Shown here: positions 1 through 9,758 of the stretch, piece by piece
How positions within the stretch are numbered: the first letter of the stretch is position 1
Layout of the letters: each line of letters starts with the position of its first letter
Origin: Actinomycetota bacterium
GTDB lineage: Bacteria > Actinomycetota > Actinomycetes > Nanopelagicales > Nanopelagicaceae
Reading direction: 5' to 3'
Assembly (NCBI GenBank): GCA_041169865.1
Contig: JBEEIL010000056.1
Location: 1,141 to 65,140, forward strand
DNA: 64,000 bases
Notes under the pieces: model-generated
Seen by the model: only the letters and a program-made list of their open reading frames with translations
What the model was told of the DNA's origin: nothing
Database searches by the model: none
Made by a program: the position numbers and the translations under genes

Positions 1-1219
1 CAATAATTGCCTTCAGTAGGCCATCTACGAGAGAAAGCCTGTCTTCAGCCTTTGCCTTGCGGAATTCAGAGCGACGACGCACAACTTCGATACGGTGATC
101 AATAAATACCTGAAGGAGCTCCTTTAATCCAAGTGTTTGTGGCTTTCCTTTAACGAGCGCTACAGCATTAATGGCGAAGGCATCTTCCATCGGAGTGAGT
201 TTGAAGAGCTTTTCTAGAACATCTTCTGGCTCAAAGCCATTCTTAAGTTCAATCACGACGTTGGTACCAGTTTGGCCATCCGTTAAATCAACGATATCCG
301 AGATACCTTGAATCTTCTTTGATTTCACAAGATCGGCGATACGTTCAACAACTTTCTCAGGACCGATGTTAAACGGAAGTTCTTTGATGACGATTCCCAT
401 CTTGCGAGAAGTCACCTTGCTAATTTCCACTGTTGCACGAACCTTGAAAGAGCCCTTACCTGTTGCATACGCTTCACGTACACCATCGAGTCCGACGATT
501 TCTCCACCTGTTGGAAAATCCGGGGCAGGTAAGTGCTTCATCAATTGATTGAGCGTGGCCTTTGGATTTTCGATCAGGAACTTCGTAGCTGCAATAACTT
601 CACCTAAATTATGTGGCGCCATATTTGTCGCCATGCCCACTGCGATTCCAGAACCGCCGTTGACTAAGAGATTAGGGAAGGCCGCAGGCAAGACAAGTGG
701 CTCGGCTAATTGGCCATCGTAGTTTGGTCCAAAATCAACGGTGTTCTCATCTGCTTCTGCAACCATCGACATGGCAGCTGGTGCAAGACGTGCTTCGGTG
801 TAACGCATCGCGGCAGGACCGGCATCGAGTGAACCAAAGTTTCCGTGGCCATCGATGAGAGGTAATTGCATAGAGAAGTTCTGTGCCATGCGCACAAGCG
901 CGTCGTAGATTGCAGAGTCACCGTGCGGGTGCAACTTACCCATCACTTCACCGACTACACGTGCGCTCTTTACATGTCCTCGTTCTGGACGAAGACCCAT
1001 ATCGCTCATCTGATGAAGAATGCGTCGGTGAACTGGCTTAAGACCATCGCGGGCATCAGGAAGAGCTCGTGAATAAATTACTGAGTAGGCATACTCGAGG
1101 AAAGATTCTGACATTTCAGAAGAGACATCGATATCAACAATCTTTCCTGGAAATTCACCAGGCTTTGGTCCTATAGCCTTTGTTGATTTCTTTGGAGCTG
1201 CTGTCTTCTTCGTTGCCAT
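1..1219 (-). CDS. parC: Type II topoisomerase subunit A (probably topoisomerase IV ParC), 5' part; runs off the window start
   Basis: Not in the ORF track. Manual translation from ATG at 1219 gives MATKK...[30 protein letters not shown]...[11 protein letters not shown]...AAMRYTE (catalytic Tyr). parC rather than gyrA is inferred from context (near sepH, no gyrB immediately upstream). Confidence 0.85.
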   Translation of the reverse strand, partial: MATKKTAAPKKSTKAIGPKPGEFPGKIVDIDVSSEMSESFLEYAYSVIYSRALPDARDGLKPVHRRILHQMSDMGLRPERGHVKSARVVGEVMGKLHPHGDSAIYDALVRMAQNFSMQLPLIDGHGNFGSLDAGPAAMRYTEARLAPAAMSMVAEADENTVDFGPNYDGQLAEPLVLPAAFPNLLVNGGSGIAVGMATNMAPHNLGEVIAATKFLIENPKATLNQLMKHLPAPDFPTGGEIVGLDGVREAYATGKGSFKVRATVEISKVTSRKMGIVIKELPFNIGPEKVVERIADLVKSKKIQGISDIVDLTDGQTGTNVVIELKNGFEPEDVLEKLFKLTPMEDAFAINAVALVKGKPQTLGLKELLQVFIDHRIEVVRRRSEFRKAKAEDRLSLVDGLLKAII

Positions 1220-1245
1220 GGCGGGTATTCTGCCAAGTCAAAGCG

Positions 1246-2151
1246 TTAAATCTTGGTACCTACACGCGGTCTTGCCCCAACGATTGCAACACAATGGGCC
1301 GCAACCTCAGCCCCAGCCATCAGAGCACGTGCCAAATCCTTCTTTGTTGCAAAATATGAAATAAATCCTGCAGCAAATGAATCTCCTGCCCCAGTGGTGT
1401 CAACAACTTCTGTCGCTATTGCCGGCACAGAAACGGATTCACCGCCACGACTTTTTCCGATGGCGCCATGTGCTCCGCGTTTAATGACGACAGTAGATGC
1501 TGCTTGTAAGAGTTGATCTAGCGCCGCTTCGGCGTCGTTCATCCCGGTCAGATATTCAGCTTCCTCTTCATTAAGTAGGAGCACATCCATCAGCGGCAGC
1601 CAACTCTTTACTTCATCAATATCTACCTCTTTCATTCCACCAACAGAGGCAGGATCAAAGTAAATCGATAAACCAGCAGCTTTAATCTTGGAAATCATCG
1701 CTTTTATACCTTCGCGTGAGAAAGGATCTAGCGGTGAGTAACCAGAAATATAAACGGCATTGAAACCATCGAGCTCCGGTAGATCACTCAGCTTGAGACC
1801 AGAGTTGGCGCCGTTATCAGGGAACATCGTGCGTTCACCTGTCGGATCCACGAGTACAACAACTACGCCAGAGTGGCCGTTATCGACAACTAAGTTGTGA
1901 TGGCGAACGCCGAGTGCATCAAACTCATTGACTAGGGCAGCTCCCGCCGAATCATTACCAACATGTCCCACGATGGTGGCTCGCGCATCTGTGCGAGTGA
2001 GCCAAGCGGCGACATTTCCAGCAGCCCCACCACCATGTGTAGAAATCTGGGCGGGGGTGTCGCTTCCGTAATTGATATCAGAGGGCATCACGGCAATCTT
2101 GGTCACGACATCGAGCATGACGTCACCAATACACAAAACCTTTGCGGTCAT
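1246..2151 (-). CDS. PfkB/ribokinase-family kinase, probable pseudouridine kinase
   Basis: GGAAGNVA and DTTGAGDSF PfkB signatures; 4-bp overlap with psuG. Confidence 0.85.
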   Translation of the reverse strand: MTAKVLCIGDVMLDVVTKIAVMPSDINYGSDTPAQISTHGGGAAGNVAAWLTRTDARATIVGHVGNDSAGAALVNEFDALGVRHHNLVVDNGHSGVVVVLVDPTGERTMFPDNGANSGLKLSDLPELDGFNAVYISGYSPLDPFSREGIKAMISKIKAAGLSIYFDPASVGGMKEVDIDEVKSWLPLMDVLLLNEEEAEYLTGMNDAEAALDQLLQAASTVVIKRGAHGAIGKSRGGESVSVPAIATEVVDTTGAGDSFAAGFISYFATKKDLARALMAGAEVAAHCVAIVGARPRVGTKI

Positions 2152-3059
2152 GAGTTATGTGCTGCTACTGCGATATCAGCGGCTAGGGCCGAGTTAGATT
2201 TGATGATTTCAATATTTACCTGCAGAGATTCGCCATGAGATGCGGTATGAAAATGTTCAAGTAAGAATGGTGTAACTGCCTTACCGGTAATTCCGTTTTT
2301 AGCCGCCCCATCAAGACCGCTCTGCAAGATTGCATCGTGACGAGCTCGATCCATCTCCTTAGCAACTGGATTTGCAACGATAAGAGCGTGCTTATCTGTC
2401 TTAAGTCCATGGCGCGCCTTGATGATTGCTGCGATCTCTTCTGCTGAATTAACTTGGTGCTCAATAGAAAATCCTGAATCGGTAAGGTAGAAACCAGGAA
2501 AGGCCGTTGTTTTATAGCCGACAACTCCGATTGCAAGGGTCTCTAATCTTTCTAAGGTTGCTGCCACATCGAGAATTGATTTCACGCCAGCGCACACGAC
2601 AGTGATGTCGAGGTCGGCAAGGGCAGTCAGATCGGCAGATTCATCAAATGACTCATTAGCGCCGCGGTGGACGCCACCCAAGCCACCTGTGGCAAAGGTG
2701 TGAATGCCAGCCAAAACAGCTAGATGTGCGGTTGCAGCCACAGTGGTTGCCGCGCTTTTTCCGGTGGCAGCGATAATTGCTAGATCACGACTTGATGCTT
2801 TTGCAATGTCATCACGGTTTGCGATTTCAACAAGTTGATCATCAGTTAAACCTATGAGAACTTTTCCATCAAGGATTGCAATAGTTGCTGGCGTTGCGCC
2901 ATGCGAACGCACGATTTCTTCAACCTCACGCGCTACCTGAAGATTTGATGGACGTGGAAGCCCATGGCTGATGATGGTCGATTCCAGTGCAACAATCGGT
3001 TGACCTGCAGCAAGCGCCTTCGCTACTTCTGGAGATGGTGTAAATGCCAGCGATTTCAT
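2148..3059 (-). CDS. psuG: Pseudouridine-5'-phosphate glycosidase
   Basis: VALESTIISHGLP, ATGGLGGVHRG, DESADL, GVKSILD and TPFLL motifs. Confidence 0.93.
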   Translation of the reverse strand: MKSLAFTPSPEVAKALAAGQPIVALESTIISHGLPRPSNLQVAREVEEIVRSHGATPATIAILDGKVLIGLTDDQLVEIANRDDIAKASSRDLAIIAATGKSAATTVAATAHLAVLAGIHTFATGGLGGVHRGANESFDESADLTALADLDITVVCAGVKSILDVAATLERLETLAIGVVGYKTTAFPGFYLTDSGFSIEHQVNSAEEIAAIIKARHGLKTDKHALIVANPVAKEMDRARHDAILQSGLDGAAKNGITGKAVTPFLLEHFHTASHGESLQVNIEIIKSNSALAADIAVAAHNS

Positions 3060-3091
3060 AGCGTGAACAATACTCGTGAGAGGATAGCGCC

Positions 3092-4189
3092 GTGCACTTG
3101 TCGCAGATATTGCCTTCCGTATTTGCCGGACTAGGTTTATCTAATGCGCATGATTACCTAGGATGTGGCGCAAGTCCTAGCGGTCGCGAAATCCTCTTTC
3201 TTATTGATGGTTTAGGTGCAGATGCAATTGCAACGTATCAAGATCAGATTCCAGTTCTTGCGGCTGCTGTAAATAAAGGTGTAGTCGCGACTTCTTTTCC
3301 TACGACAACTGCAACAAGTCTGGCCACTCTGACAACTGGTGCCATGCCGGGGACGCATGGAATGTTGGGTTACACAGTGCGTGTTCCGCGAAGCGGGGGA
3401 CGCGTGCTCAACTCTTTGAAATGGGATGAACGAGTTGATCCGCAGATATGGCAGCCCATGCCGACTCTCTTTGAGCAAGCAGCTGCTGCGGGCATCACAA
3501 CAAGTCATGTTGCGGCAAAACGTTATGAAGGTTCTGGCTTCACGCGTGCAGTCTTTCGTGGAGCCCAATATAAAGGCGCCAATATCGTCTCTGATTTGGT
3601 CGCTGAAACTGTACGGGCGCTTGCGCAAAGCCCATCGTTTGTCTACCTCTATGTCAACGATTTAGATTCGGCTGGACATTCAGATGGCGTTGGTTCTGAA
3701 AAATGGTTGGTAGCGCTACGTGGAATAGATCAATTGGTAGCACAACTACTCGAAAGCGTGCCAAAGGGAACCCGAATTTGGATAACTGCCGATCACGGCA
3801 TGATCAATGTGCAGGAAAAAATCATCATGGGTCGAGATAACTCACTCCTGGCAGATGTCGCAACAATTGCGGGCGAGCCCAGGATGCGCCATCTCTATCT
3901 CACGACCGAATCTGCAAGCGCTGCACAGGAATTAATCTCTCGATGGGAGAGCGAGCTCGGCAACAAAGTCTCTTTATTTACGCGACAGCGCGCGATTGCT
4001 ACAGGGTTATTTGGCGAATTGGTGAGCCCTGATGCTGCTGACCGTATTGGTGATGTGATTGCAATCGCCAGAGATAATCTAGTTCTGTTGGACCCAGAAC
4101 GTGCCGATAAAGAGGGCGAAATGATTGGCCATCACGGCGGCGATAGCTTGATTGAGAGCTCAGTGCCGCTTCTACTTGCGCAACGTTAA
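3092..4189 (+). CDS. Alkaline phosphatase superfamily / nucleotide pyrophosphatase-phosphodiesterase
   Basis: LIDGLG, FPTTTATSL, DSAGH, TADHG and GHHG metal-binding motifs. Confidence 0.85.
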   Translation: MHLSQILPSVFAGLGLSNAHDYLGCGASPSGREILFLIDGLGADAIATYQDQIPVLAAAVNKGVVATSFPTTTATSLATLTTGAMPGTHGMLGYTVRVPRSGGRVLNSLKWDERVDPQIWQPMPTLFEQAAAAGITTSHVAAKRYEGSGFTRAVFRGAQYKGANIVSDLVAETVRALAQSPSFVYLYVNDLDSAGHSDGVGSEKWLVALRGIDQLVAQLLESVPKGTRIWITADHGMINVQEKIIMGRDNSLLADVATIAGEPRMRHLYLTTESASAAQELISRWESELGNKVSLFTRQRAIATGLFGELVSPDAADRIGDVIAIARDNLVLLDPERADKEGEMIGHHGGDSLIESSVPLLLAQR

Positions 4190-4194
4190 AGAAT

Positions 4195-5028
4195 TTAGTT
4201 TTCTTCTTCAGGAGTTGTTTCGGATTTCTTCCCAAACATGATTTCATCCCACGATGGAACTTTTGCTCGCGCAGTGATTCCGTCTTGCGCGTCGGCAACT
4301 GATGGAGTTTCACGAATCACAGCCAAGCGAGGTGTTTCAGTTTTCTCTTCTGGTGTTTCAAAGATATCTGCAATCCGAGGAGCAGGGCGTGCTGGTTCTT
4401 CAATGCGAGATGGGTGGGTCGGTTCAGAGTGAATCAGCGCAGTTGCCACTGGACGAGTTGGCGCTTCTTCATCGAGTAACCAGGCACCGTTGTTATCGGT
4501 TGCTTCAAGTGCGCGACGCGCCATATCAAAGTTCCATGTCGCGATTCCGGATCCATCACGATTAGGGAAATTGAGTTCAATATGCCAAACACCATCTGGT
4601 AATCGCCAGGTATTCCAAGAAATTTGATCTGCTTCGACTCCACGGGGAGTGAGTTTTGCAAGTACTACATCTACCAAAGTTAAATCGGCTCGATAGGCAT
4701 CTTTTCGAATTACGAGTTCACGAGCGCGATCCAAAATGTATTCGCGCTCTTGCATGATTGGGCCAGAAAAACGTTGTACCTTCTCAACAGTGATCTGACC
4801 TTCACGTGCGATTTGTTCAAAACTTTCACCCGCACGTAGGCGCCGCTGAATCTCTTTTACAGGCATTGTTTCAACTGCATCAACAGCTGGTACTGATGTA
4901 AGTCGCGGTTGATTAACGGTTGCGCGCAAAGTGTCGCTGATGCGAACTGAATATTGATTTCCGTCGTTATCAACGAGCGCAAGATGGCTGCCATCTTCGG
5001 TCTTTCCAGTTAGACGGAGTTCGCTCAT
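4195..5028 (-). CDS. sepH: Septation protein SepH (DUF3071)
   Basis: N-terminal EIQRRLRAGES HTH region; C-terminal VPSWDEIMFG motif. Confidence 0.85.
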   Translation of the reverse strand: MSELRLTGKTEDGSHLALVDNDGNQYSVRISDTLRATVNQPRLTSVPAVDAVETMPVKEIQRRLRAGESFEQIAREGQITVEKVQRFSGPIMQEREYILDRARELVIRKDAYRADLTLVDVVLAKLTPRGVEADQISWNTWRLPDGVWHIELNFPNRDGSGIATWNFDMARRALEATDNNGAWLLDEEAPTRPVATALIHSEPTHPSRIEEPARPAPRIADIFETPEEKTETPRLAVIRETPSVADAQDGITARAKVPSWDEIMFGKKSETTPEEEN

Positions 5029-5090
5029 AGGGGTGAGAATAACTGATGAGGCGGTAAATTTTCGAGAGGAAGAGCCTCTAGACTTGCTCT

Positions 5091-5858
5091 ATGTACGCCG
5101 AACTCCTGGAATTAGCGCAGAAAGTAGGCCATGACGCCGGCGCCCTCCTAATGCAGCGCCCACCTGCATTCGAGATTGAATCTAAATCCACAGCCATTGA
5201 TATTGCGACACAGATGGATAAGAAAGCTGAGAAGTTTATTGTGGAGTCGCTTCTTGCTGCCCGCCCTGATGACGGGATTATCGGTGAAGAGGGTTCTGCA
5301 ATCGATAGTAAATCTGGAATTACTTGGGTTATCGATCCACTCGATGGGACTGTAAATTATTTCTACGGATTACCAGGATGGAATGTCTCCATTGCAGCCA
5401 AAGATAAAGATGGCTCTATCGTGGGGGTTGTCACGGCACCAACGATCAATTCAACATGGTGGGCAACTCGTGGTGGAGGCGCTTTCTATAACGGACACCA
5501 GATTCATTGCAACGATCCCATCGAATTAGATCGCGCTCTGATTGCAACGGGTTTTCAATATGATGTTGCACATCGCACATCGCAGTTGGCAGATTTGGCT
5601 AAATTGGTTCCACATGCCCGCGATGTCAGACGAAATGGAGCGGCGGCAGTAGATCTCTGTCATGTCGCAATGGGCGCCCTCGATGGCTATTACGAAGCTG
5701 GACTTAAAGAATGGGATTGGGCAGCGGGTGGTTTAGTAGCCACTGAGGCAGGCGCGCACTTTGCACAATACGGTCACGAGCCGCTTCGCACCACGGTCGT
5801 AGCCGGTCCAGCGCTCCATCGCCAGCTCACCGCGCTCTTGGGAATGAGCGCTTCCTAA
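5091..5858 (+). CDS. Inositol monophosphatase family protein
   Basis: GEEG, WVIDPLDGTVN and WDWAAG motifs. Confidence 0.9.
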   Translation: MYAELLELAQKVGHDAGALLMQRPPAFEIESKSTAIDIATQMDKKAEKFIVESLLAARPDDGIIGEEGSAIDSKSGITWVIDPLDGTVNYFYGLPGWNVSIAAKDKDGSIVGVVTAPTINSTWWATRGGGAFYNGHQIHCNDPIELDRALIATGFQYDVAHRTSQLADLAKLVPHARDVRRNGAAAVDLCHVAMGALDGYYEAGLKEWDWAAGGLVATEAGAHFAQYGHEPLRTTVVAGPALHRQLTALLGMSAS

Positions 5859-5963
5859 GCGGGGTTCGAGGGCGATTTACGCTCAAGGCCCCTTTTGTGG
5901 CAAGATACGCAGTCTGCGCGGTCAGATCCGTGCTCAATAGAATCGTCACGAACAGGAATCACC

Positions 5964-6515
5964 ATGAACATTCTCGACGTAGTAGATGCTGCCTCACTCC
6001 GCAAGGACATCCCACAGTTCCGCGCAGGCGATGAGCTCAAGATTCATGTTCGCGTTATCGAAGGAAACAAGTCTCGTCTTCAGGTCTTTCAGGGAATCGT
6101 AATCGGACGTCAGGGCGATGGCGTTCGCGAAACTTTCACAATCCGTAAGGTCTCGTACGGCGTTGGCGTAGAGCGCACCTTCCCAGTTCACACACCAGTG
6201 ATCGAAAAGATTGAACTCGTTAAGAAGGGCGATGTCCGTCGCGCCAAGTTGTACTACCTCCGCGATCTCCGCGGTAAGGCTGCCAAGATTCGCGAAAAGC
6301 GTGATGGCGTCGAAGGTTACGGAGATGGAATTCTCTCTACTCCGGTTGCTCCTGTTGTTGAAGAAAAAGCTGTTGCCTCTGAGCCAGAAGCTGTTGCAGT
6401 TGTGGCAGAAGCTCCAGCAGTTGCCGAAACAGTTGCAGAGCCAGTTGCTGAGGCAGCGGTTGAAGAGGTCGCAGTAGCTGAAACCACTTCAGACACCGAA
6501 GCCGAGACTAAGTAA
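5964..6515 (+). CDS. rplS: 50S ribosomal protein L19 with long acidic C-terminal extension
   Basis: FRAGD...[19 protein letters not shown]...[10 protein letters not shown]. Start moved to ATG 5964, preceded by AGGA. Confidence 0.95.
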   Translation: MNILDVVDAASLRKDIPQFRAGDELKIHVRVIEGNKSRLQVFQGIVIGRQGDGVRETFTIRKVSYGVGVERTFPVHTPVIEKIELVKKGDVRRAKLYYLRDLRGKAAKIREKRDGVEGYGDGILSTPVAPVVEEKAVASEPEAVAVVAEAPAVAETVAEPVAEAAVEEVAVAETTSDTEAETK

Positions 6516-6527
6516 CTAGCTCACTTC

Positions 6528-7175
6528 ATGTCACGCAAGGGCTCAGTCCTTCGTGAGTTCCCGATTCTTGTAATCGTCGCGCTCGCCGTTTCTCTTGTCA
6601 TCAAATCTTTCTTGGTGCAGTTCTTCTATATTCCTTCTGGGTCTATGGAGAACACACTTCAAATTAATGATCGAGTGGCTGTCAATAAGCTTCCCTTTAT
6701 CTCTAAAAATATCGATCGCGGCGATGTAGTGGTTTTTCGAGATCCATCCAATTGGTTACCTGAGCCATATGCCAATACGCAGAATCAGGTCATTGAAAAA
6801 ATTAAAGAAGGTTTAGTGATAGTTGGAGTTCTTCCCAATCCAGCTAAGCAGTACTTGGTAAAGCGCGTCATTGGCGTAGCCGGCGATACCATCGTTGCTA
6901 AAAATGGCGTGGTCACGATTAATGGGAAGCAGACTGACGAGCCCTATATCTTCGCCGGAAACAAGGCGAGCGAAGTTGATTTCAATGTAACTGTTCCAGC
7001 AGGAAAGCTCTGGGTGATGGGCGATCATCGTGGTGCATCTGCTGACTCTCGCTATCACCAGGATGATGTCAATAACGGATTTGTTCCAGTCTCTAAGGTT
7101 ACTGGGCGAGTAGTTGCGATTATCTGGCCCTTTAAAAATGCCGGAACCGTTCCATCGCAGAACCCCATCAAATAG
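6528..7175 (+). CDS. lepB: Signal peptidase I
   Basis: IPSGSMENTL (Ser), VKRVIG (Lys), MGDHRGASADSR; rplS-lepB-rnhB synteny. Confidence 0.95.
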   Translation: MSRKGSVLREFPILVIVALAVSLVIKSFLVQFFYIPSGSMENTLQINDRVAVNKLPFISKNIDRGDVVVFRDPSNWLPEPYANTQNQVIEKIKEGLVIVGVLPNPAKQYLVKRVIGVAGDTIVAKNGVVTINGKQTDEPYIFAGNKASEVDFNVTVPAGKLWVMGDHRGASADSRYHQDDVNNGFVPVSKVTGRVVAIIWPFKNAGTVPSQNPIK

Positions 7176-7187
7176 CTTTTCTAGATT

Positions 7188-7793
7188 ATGAAAGCAATCG
7201 AAGAACTTCTTCGTAACGCTGGAATCTCTCCCGTAGCTGGCGTTGATGAAGCCGGACGTGGACCATGTGCTGGGCCACTTGTTGTTGCGGCAGTTATTCT
7301 GAAAGATCCTTTTGCTCCCGAACTAGAGCAGGTGCGCGATTCCAAAGAGGTTCCAGAAACGCAACGTGAAGCGCTCTTTGAATTAATTATGAATATTGCA
7401 GATTCTGTCTCTGTCATCACTGTTTCTGCTAGCGAGATCGATGAACGTGGCGTTCACGCTGCAAATTTAGATGGTATGCGCAGAGCGGTGAAAGGTTTGA
7501 ATCTCGAACCAGCTTACGTACTCACCGATGGCTACGCCATTGAAGGGCTAGCAGTTCCAAACGTCGCAGTCTGGAAAGGTGATCAAGTTGTGACTGCAAT
7601 CAGTGCAGCATCAATCATCGCTAAGGTCACGAGGGATCGAATTATGGTTGAACTTGATGGCGTTTATCCAGAATACGGATTTGCCAAACACAAGGGCTAT
7701 ATCACTGCAGCCCACACCGCGGCTCTTGCTCAATACGGACCGTGTGCAGAACATCGAAAATCTTTCTCCAATATCGCAGCCCTCTTGCGATAG
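7188..7793 (+). CDS. rnhB: Ribonuclease HII
   Basis: GVDEAGRG, DSK and AASIIAKVTRD motifs. Confidence 0.95.
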   Translation: MKAIEELLRNAGISPVAGVDEAGRGPCAGPLVVAAVILKDPFAPELEQVRDSKEVPETQREALFELIMNIADSVSVITVSASEIDERGVHAANLDGMRRAVKGLNLEPAYVLTDGYAIEGLAVPNVAVWKGDQVVTAISAASIIAKVTRDRIMVELDGVYPEYGFAKHKGYITAAHTAALAQYGPCAEHRKSFSNIAALLR

Positions 7794-7854
7794 TTATGCA
7801 CACTCCTTAATTTCTTAATCGCACATCTATCGGCGCCTCTTTACTCTGCCGCCC

Positions 7855-8241
7855 ATGGCGACAAGCACTCGTAAGAAGATACCTGGAAAGAAGCAGCGTC
7901 TCGGCGCCTTTGGCGAAGAAGCGACAGCGCGATACCTGCAACAACGGGGAGATGAAATTCTGGAACGCAATTGGCGTATCCGAGAAGGAGAAATTGATCT
8001 GGTTTCGCTGAGCGCTGATGGTTTATTTCATTTTGTTGAAGTCAAGACTCGCAGTTCACTGGCCTTCGGACATCCATTCGAAGCCATCGATCGCGAAAAA
8101 GCAGATCGCCTACAACGGCTTGCGCTGGCGTGGCTAGCAACTCATGGTTGCCTCGGATGCGAGTACAGCATTGATGTCGCCGCTGTACTGATTGCGGTAG
8201 ATGGTTCACATAGCCTTGAGTATCGATCTGGAATTCTATGA
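7855..8241 (+). CDS. yraN: YraN family nuclease (UPF0102)
   Basis: G.FGE, RNWR..EGEIDLV and FVEVKTR motifs. Confidence 0.9.
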   Translation: MATSTRKKIPGKKQRLGAFGEEATARYLQQRGDEILERNWRIREGEIDLVSLSADGLFHFVEVKTRSSLAFGHPFEAIDREKADRLQRLALAWLATHGCLGCEYSIDVAAVLIAVDGSHSLEYRSGIL

Positions 8242-9758
8242 GCCTTGGTCGAACTGAATCTGTATCACTCTTGGGTCTTGCTGGAAGCGTTGTTGACATT
8301 GAGGTAGATATTGCAGACGGACTACCAGGATTTACACTTCTAGGTCTTCCTGATGCTGCCTTATCTGAATCCCGTGATCGCATCCGTGCAGCTTTGGTTA
8401 ATTCTCATGAGGTGTGGCCAAATAAGAAAGTAACTGTCTCGCTTTCGCCGGCGTGGTTGCCAAAGAGTGGTTCAGGTTTTGATCTCTCAATTGCTTTAGC
8501 TCTCCTTATTGCGCAGAGCGCACTTCCACAAGCGCCATTTACGCAGACAACTATCTTGGGTGAACTCGCCCTTGATGGAAAGATTCGACCAGTTCAAGGA
8601 GTACTGCCATCACTTATCGCCGCCTATAAGTCAGGCATCCGTCGTGCCATCGTTCCAACTGCAAATAGAGCTGAAGCGCTGCTCATGAGCAACATGGAAG
8701 TCCTCACTTTCTCCACAATCCATGAAGTTCTCACTTGGGCGCGTACGGGAGTCGCCCCTCAATTACAGGAACTCGAACTTGCCCACACCGATACAGAATC
8801 CTTATTGGATTTTTCGGATGTAGCGGGGCAGAAGAGAGCGCGAGAAGCTGCTGAAATCGCAGCAAGCGGTGGGCATCATCTATTACTTATCGGACCTCCT
8901 GGTGCTGGAAAGACAATGATCGCTTCTCGAATTCCCACAATTTTGCCCCAGCTAGATTTGGATCAAGCGTTAGAAGTTGCTGCAGTGCATTCCATTTCAG
9001 GTGGATTAGGAGATCGTTCGCCGATGTCGCGGCTTGCTCCGATTATTTCTCCGCATCACACTGCATCGCGAGTTGCCATAGTTGGAGGCGGCTCACACAT
9101 CATCAAACCCGGCGCTTGCAGCTTGGCGCATCACGGCGTTCTCTTTATTGATGAAGCGCCAGAATGTGCAATCGGAGTATTGGATTCTCTCCGCCAACCC
9201 CTTGAATCAGGAACTATCACGATTACGCGCAGCGTTGGCAACGTTACATTTCCTGCGCATTTTCTCTTGGTGCTCGCTGCTAATCCTTGTCCATGTGGCA
9301 AATTCATCGGGAAAGGTCGGGCCTGCACGTGTACTTCACTCCAAGTTCGTCGCTACTTAGGAAAATTGTCAGGCCCACTAATGGATCGAATAGATATGCG
9401 TGTCATTGTTGAACCAGTAGGAAGAGTCGAGATGGCTGATACAGAACTAGGGGAGGCGAGCTCGGTTATCCGTCAGCGAGTCATCGCAGCGCGTCAAGCA
9501 GCCGCTCATCGCTTCGCTGATCAGAGTTGGAAACTCAACGCACAAATACCAGCACGTGAACTTCGCAGTACATACAAACCTGAGAGAGCTGCCATGAATT
9601 TCCTCCACGACGAGCTAGATCGCGAACGGATAACTGCTCGCGGACTCCATAAGGTAATTCGATTGTCCTGGACACTCGCCGATCTGCGCGGAAGTTCTAT
9701 CCCTACGCTCTCGCATGTGCAGCGCGCTTATGCGCTCCGCGAAGGATCTGAAATATGA
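8238..9758 (+). CDS. comM: YifB/ComM Mg-chelatase-like AAA+ ATPase
   Basis: Lon-like N-terminus; GPPGAGKT, SLAHHGVLFIDE, NPCPCG and SGPLMDRID. Confidence 0.9.
   Translation: MSLGRTESVSLLGLAGSVVDIEVDIADGLPGFTLLGLPDAALSESRDRIRAALVNSHEVWPNKKVTVSLSPAWLPKSGSGFDLSIALALLIAQSALPQAPFTQTTILGELALDGKIRPVQGVLPSLIAAYKSGIRRAIVPTANRAEALLMSNMEVLTFSTIHEVLTWARTGVAPQLQELELAHTDTESLLDFSDVAGQKRAREAAEIAASGGHHLLLIGPPGAGKTMIASRIPTILPQLDLDQALEVAAVHSISGGLGDRSPMSRLAPIISPHHTASRVAIVGGGSHIIKPGACSLAHHGVLFIDEAPECAIGVLDSLRQPLESGTITITRSVGNVTFPAHFLLVLAANPCPCGKFIGKGRACTCTSLQVRRYLGKLSGPLMDRIDMRVIVEPVGRVEMADTELGEASSVIRQRVIAARQAAAHRFADQSWKLNAQIPARELRSTYKPERAAMNFLHDELDRERITARGLHKVIRLSWTLADLRGSSIPTLSHVQRAYALREGSEI

Noticed and set aside
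366-1072. Short ORFs 366-548, 706-921 and 866-1072
   Set aside because: Shadow frames of the minus-strand topoisomerase gene, which the ORF track missed because it runs off the window
5860-5897. Hairpin GGGGTT...GGCCCC-TTTT upstream of rplS as an L19 leader or terminator
   Set aside because: Weak, interrupted stem. It may terminate the IMPase transcript but is not well enough supported to call.
5895-5963. N-terminal extensions given by the ORF track (rplS here; likewise glgA, pknL, metF, crtA, murG and DUF3040)
   Set aside because: They overlap neighbouring genes or promoters. Homology and -10/SD placement point to downstream starts.
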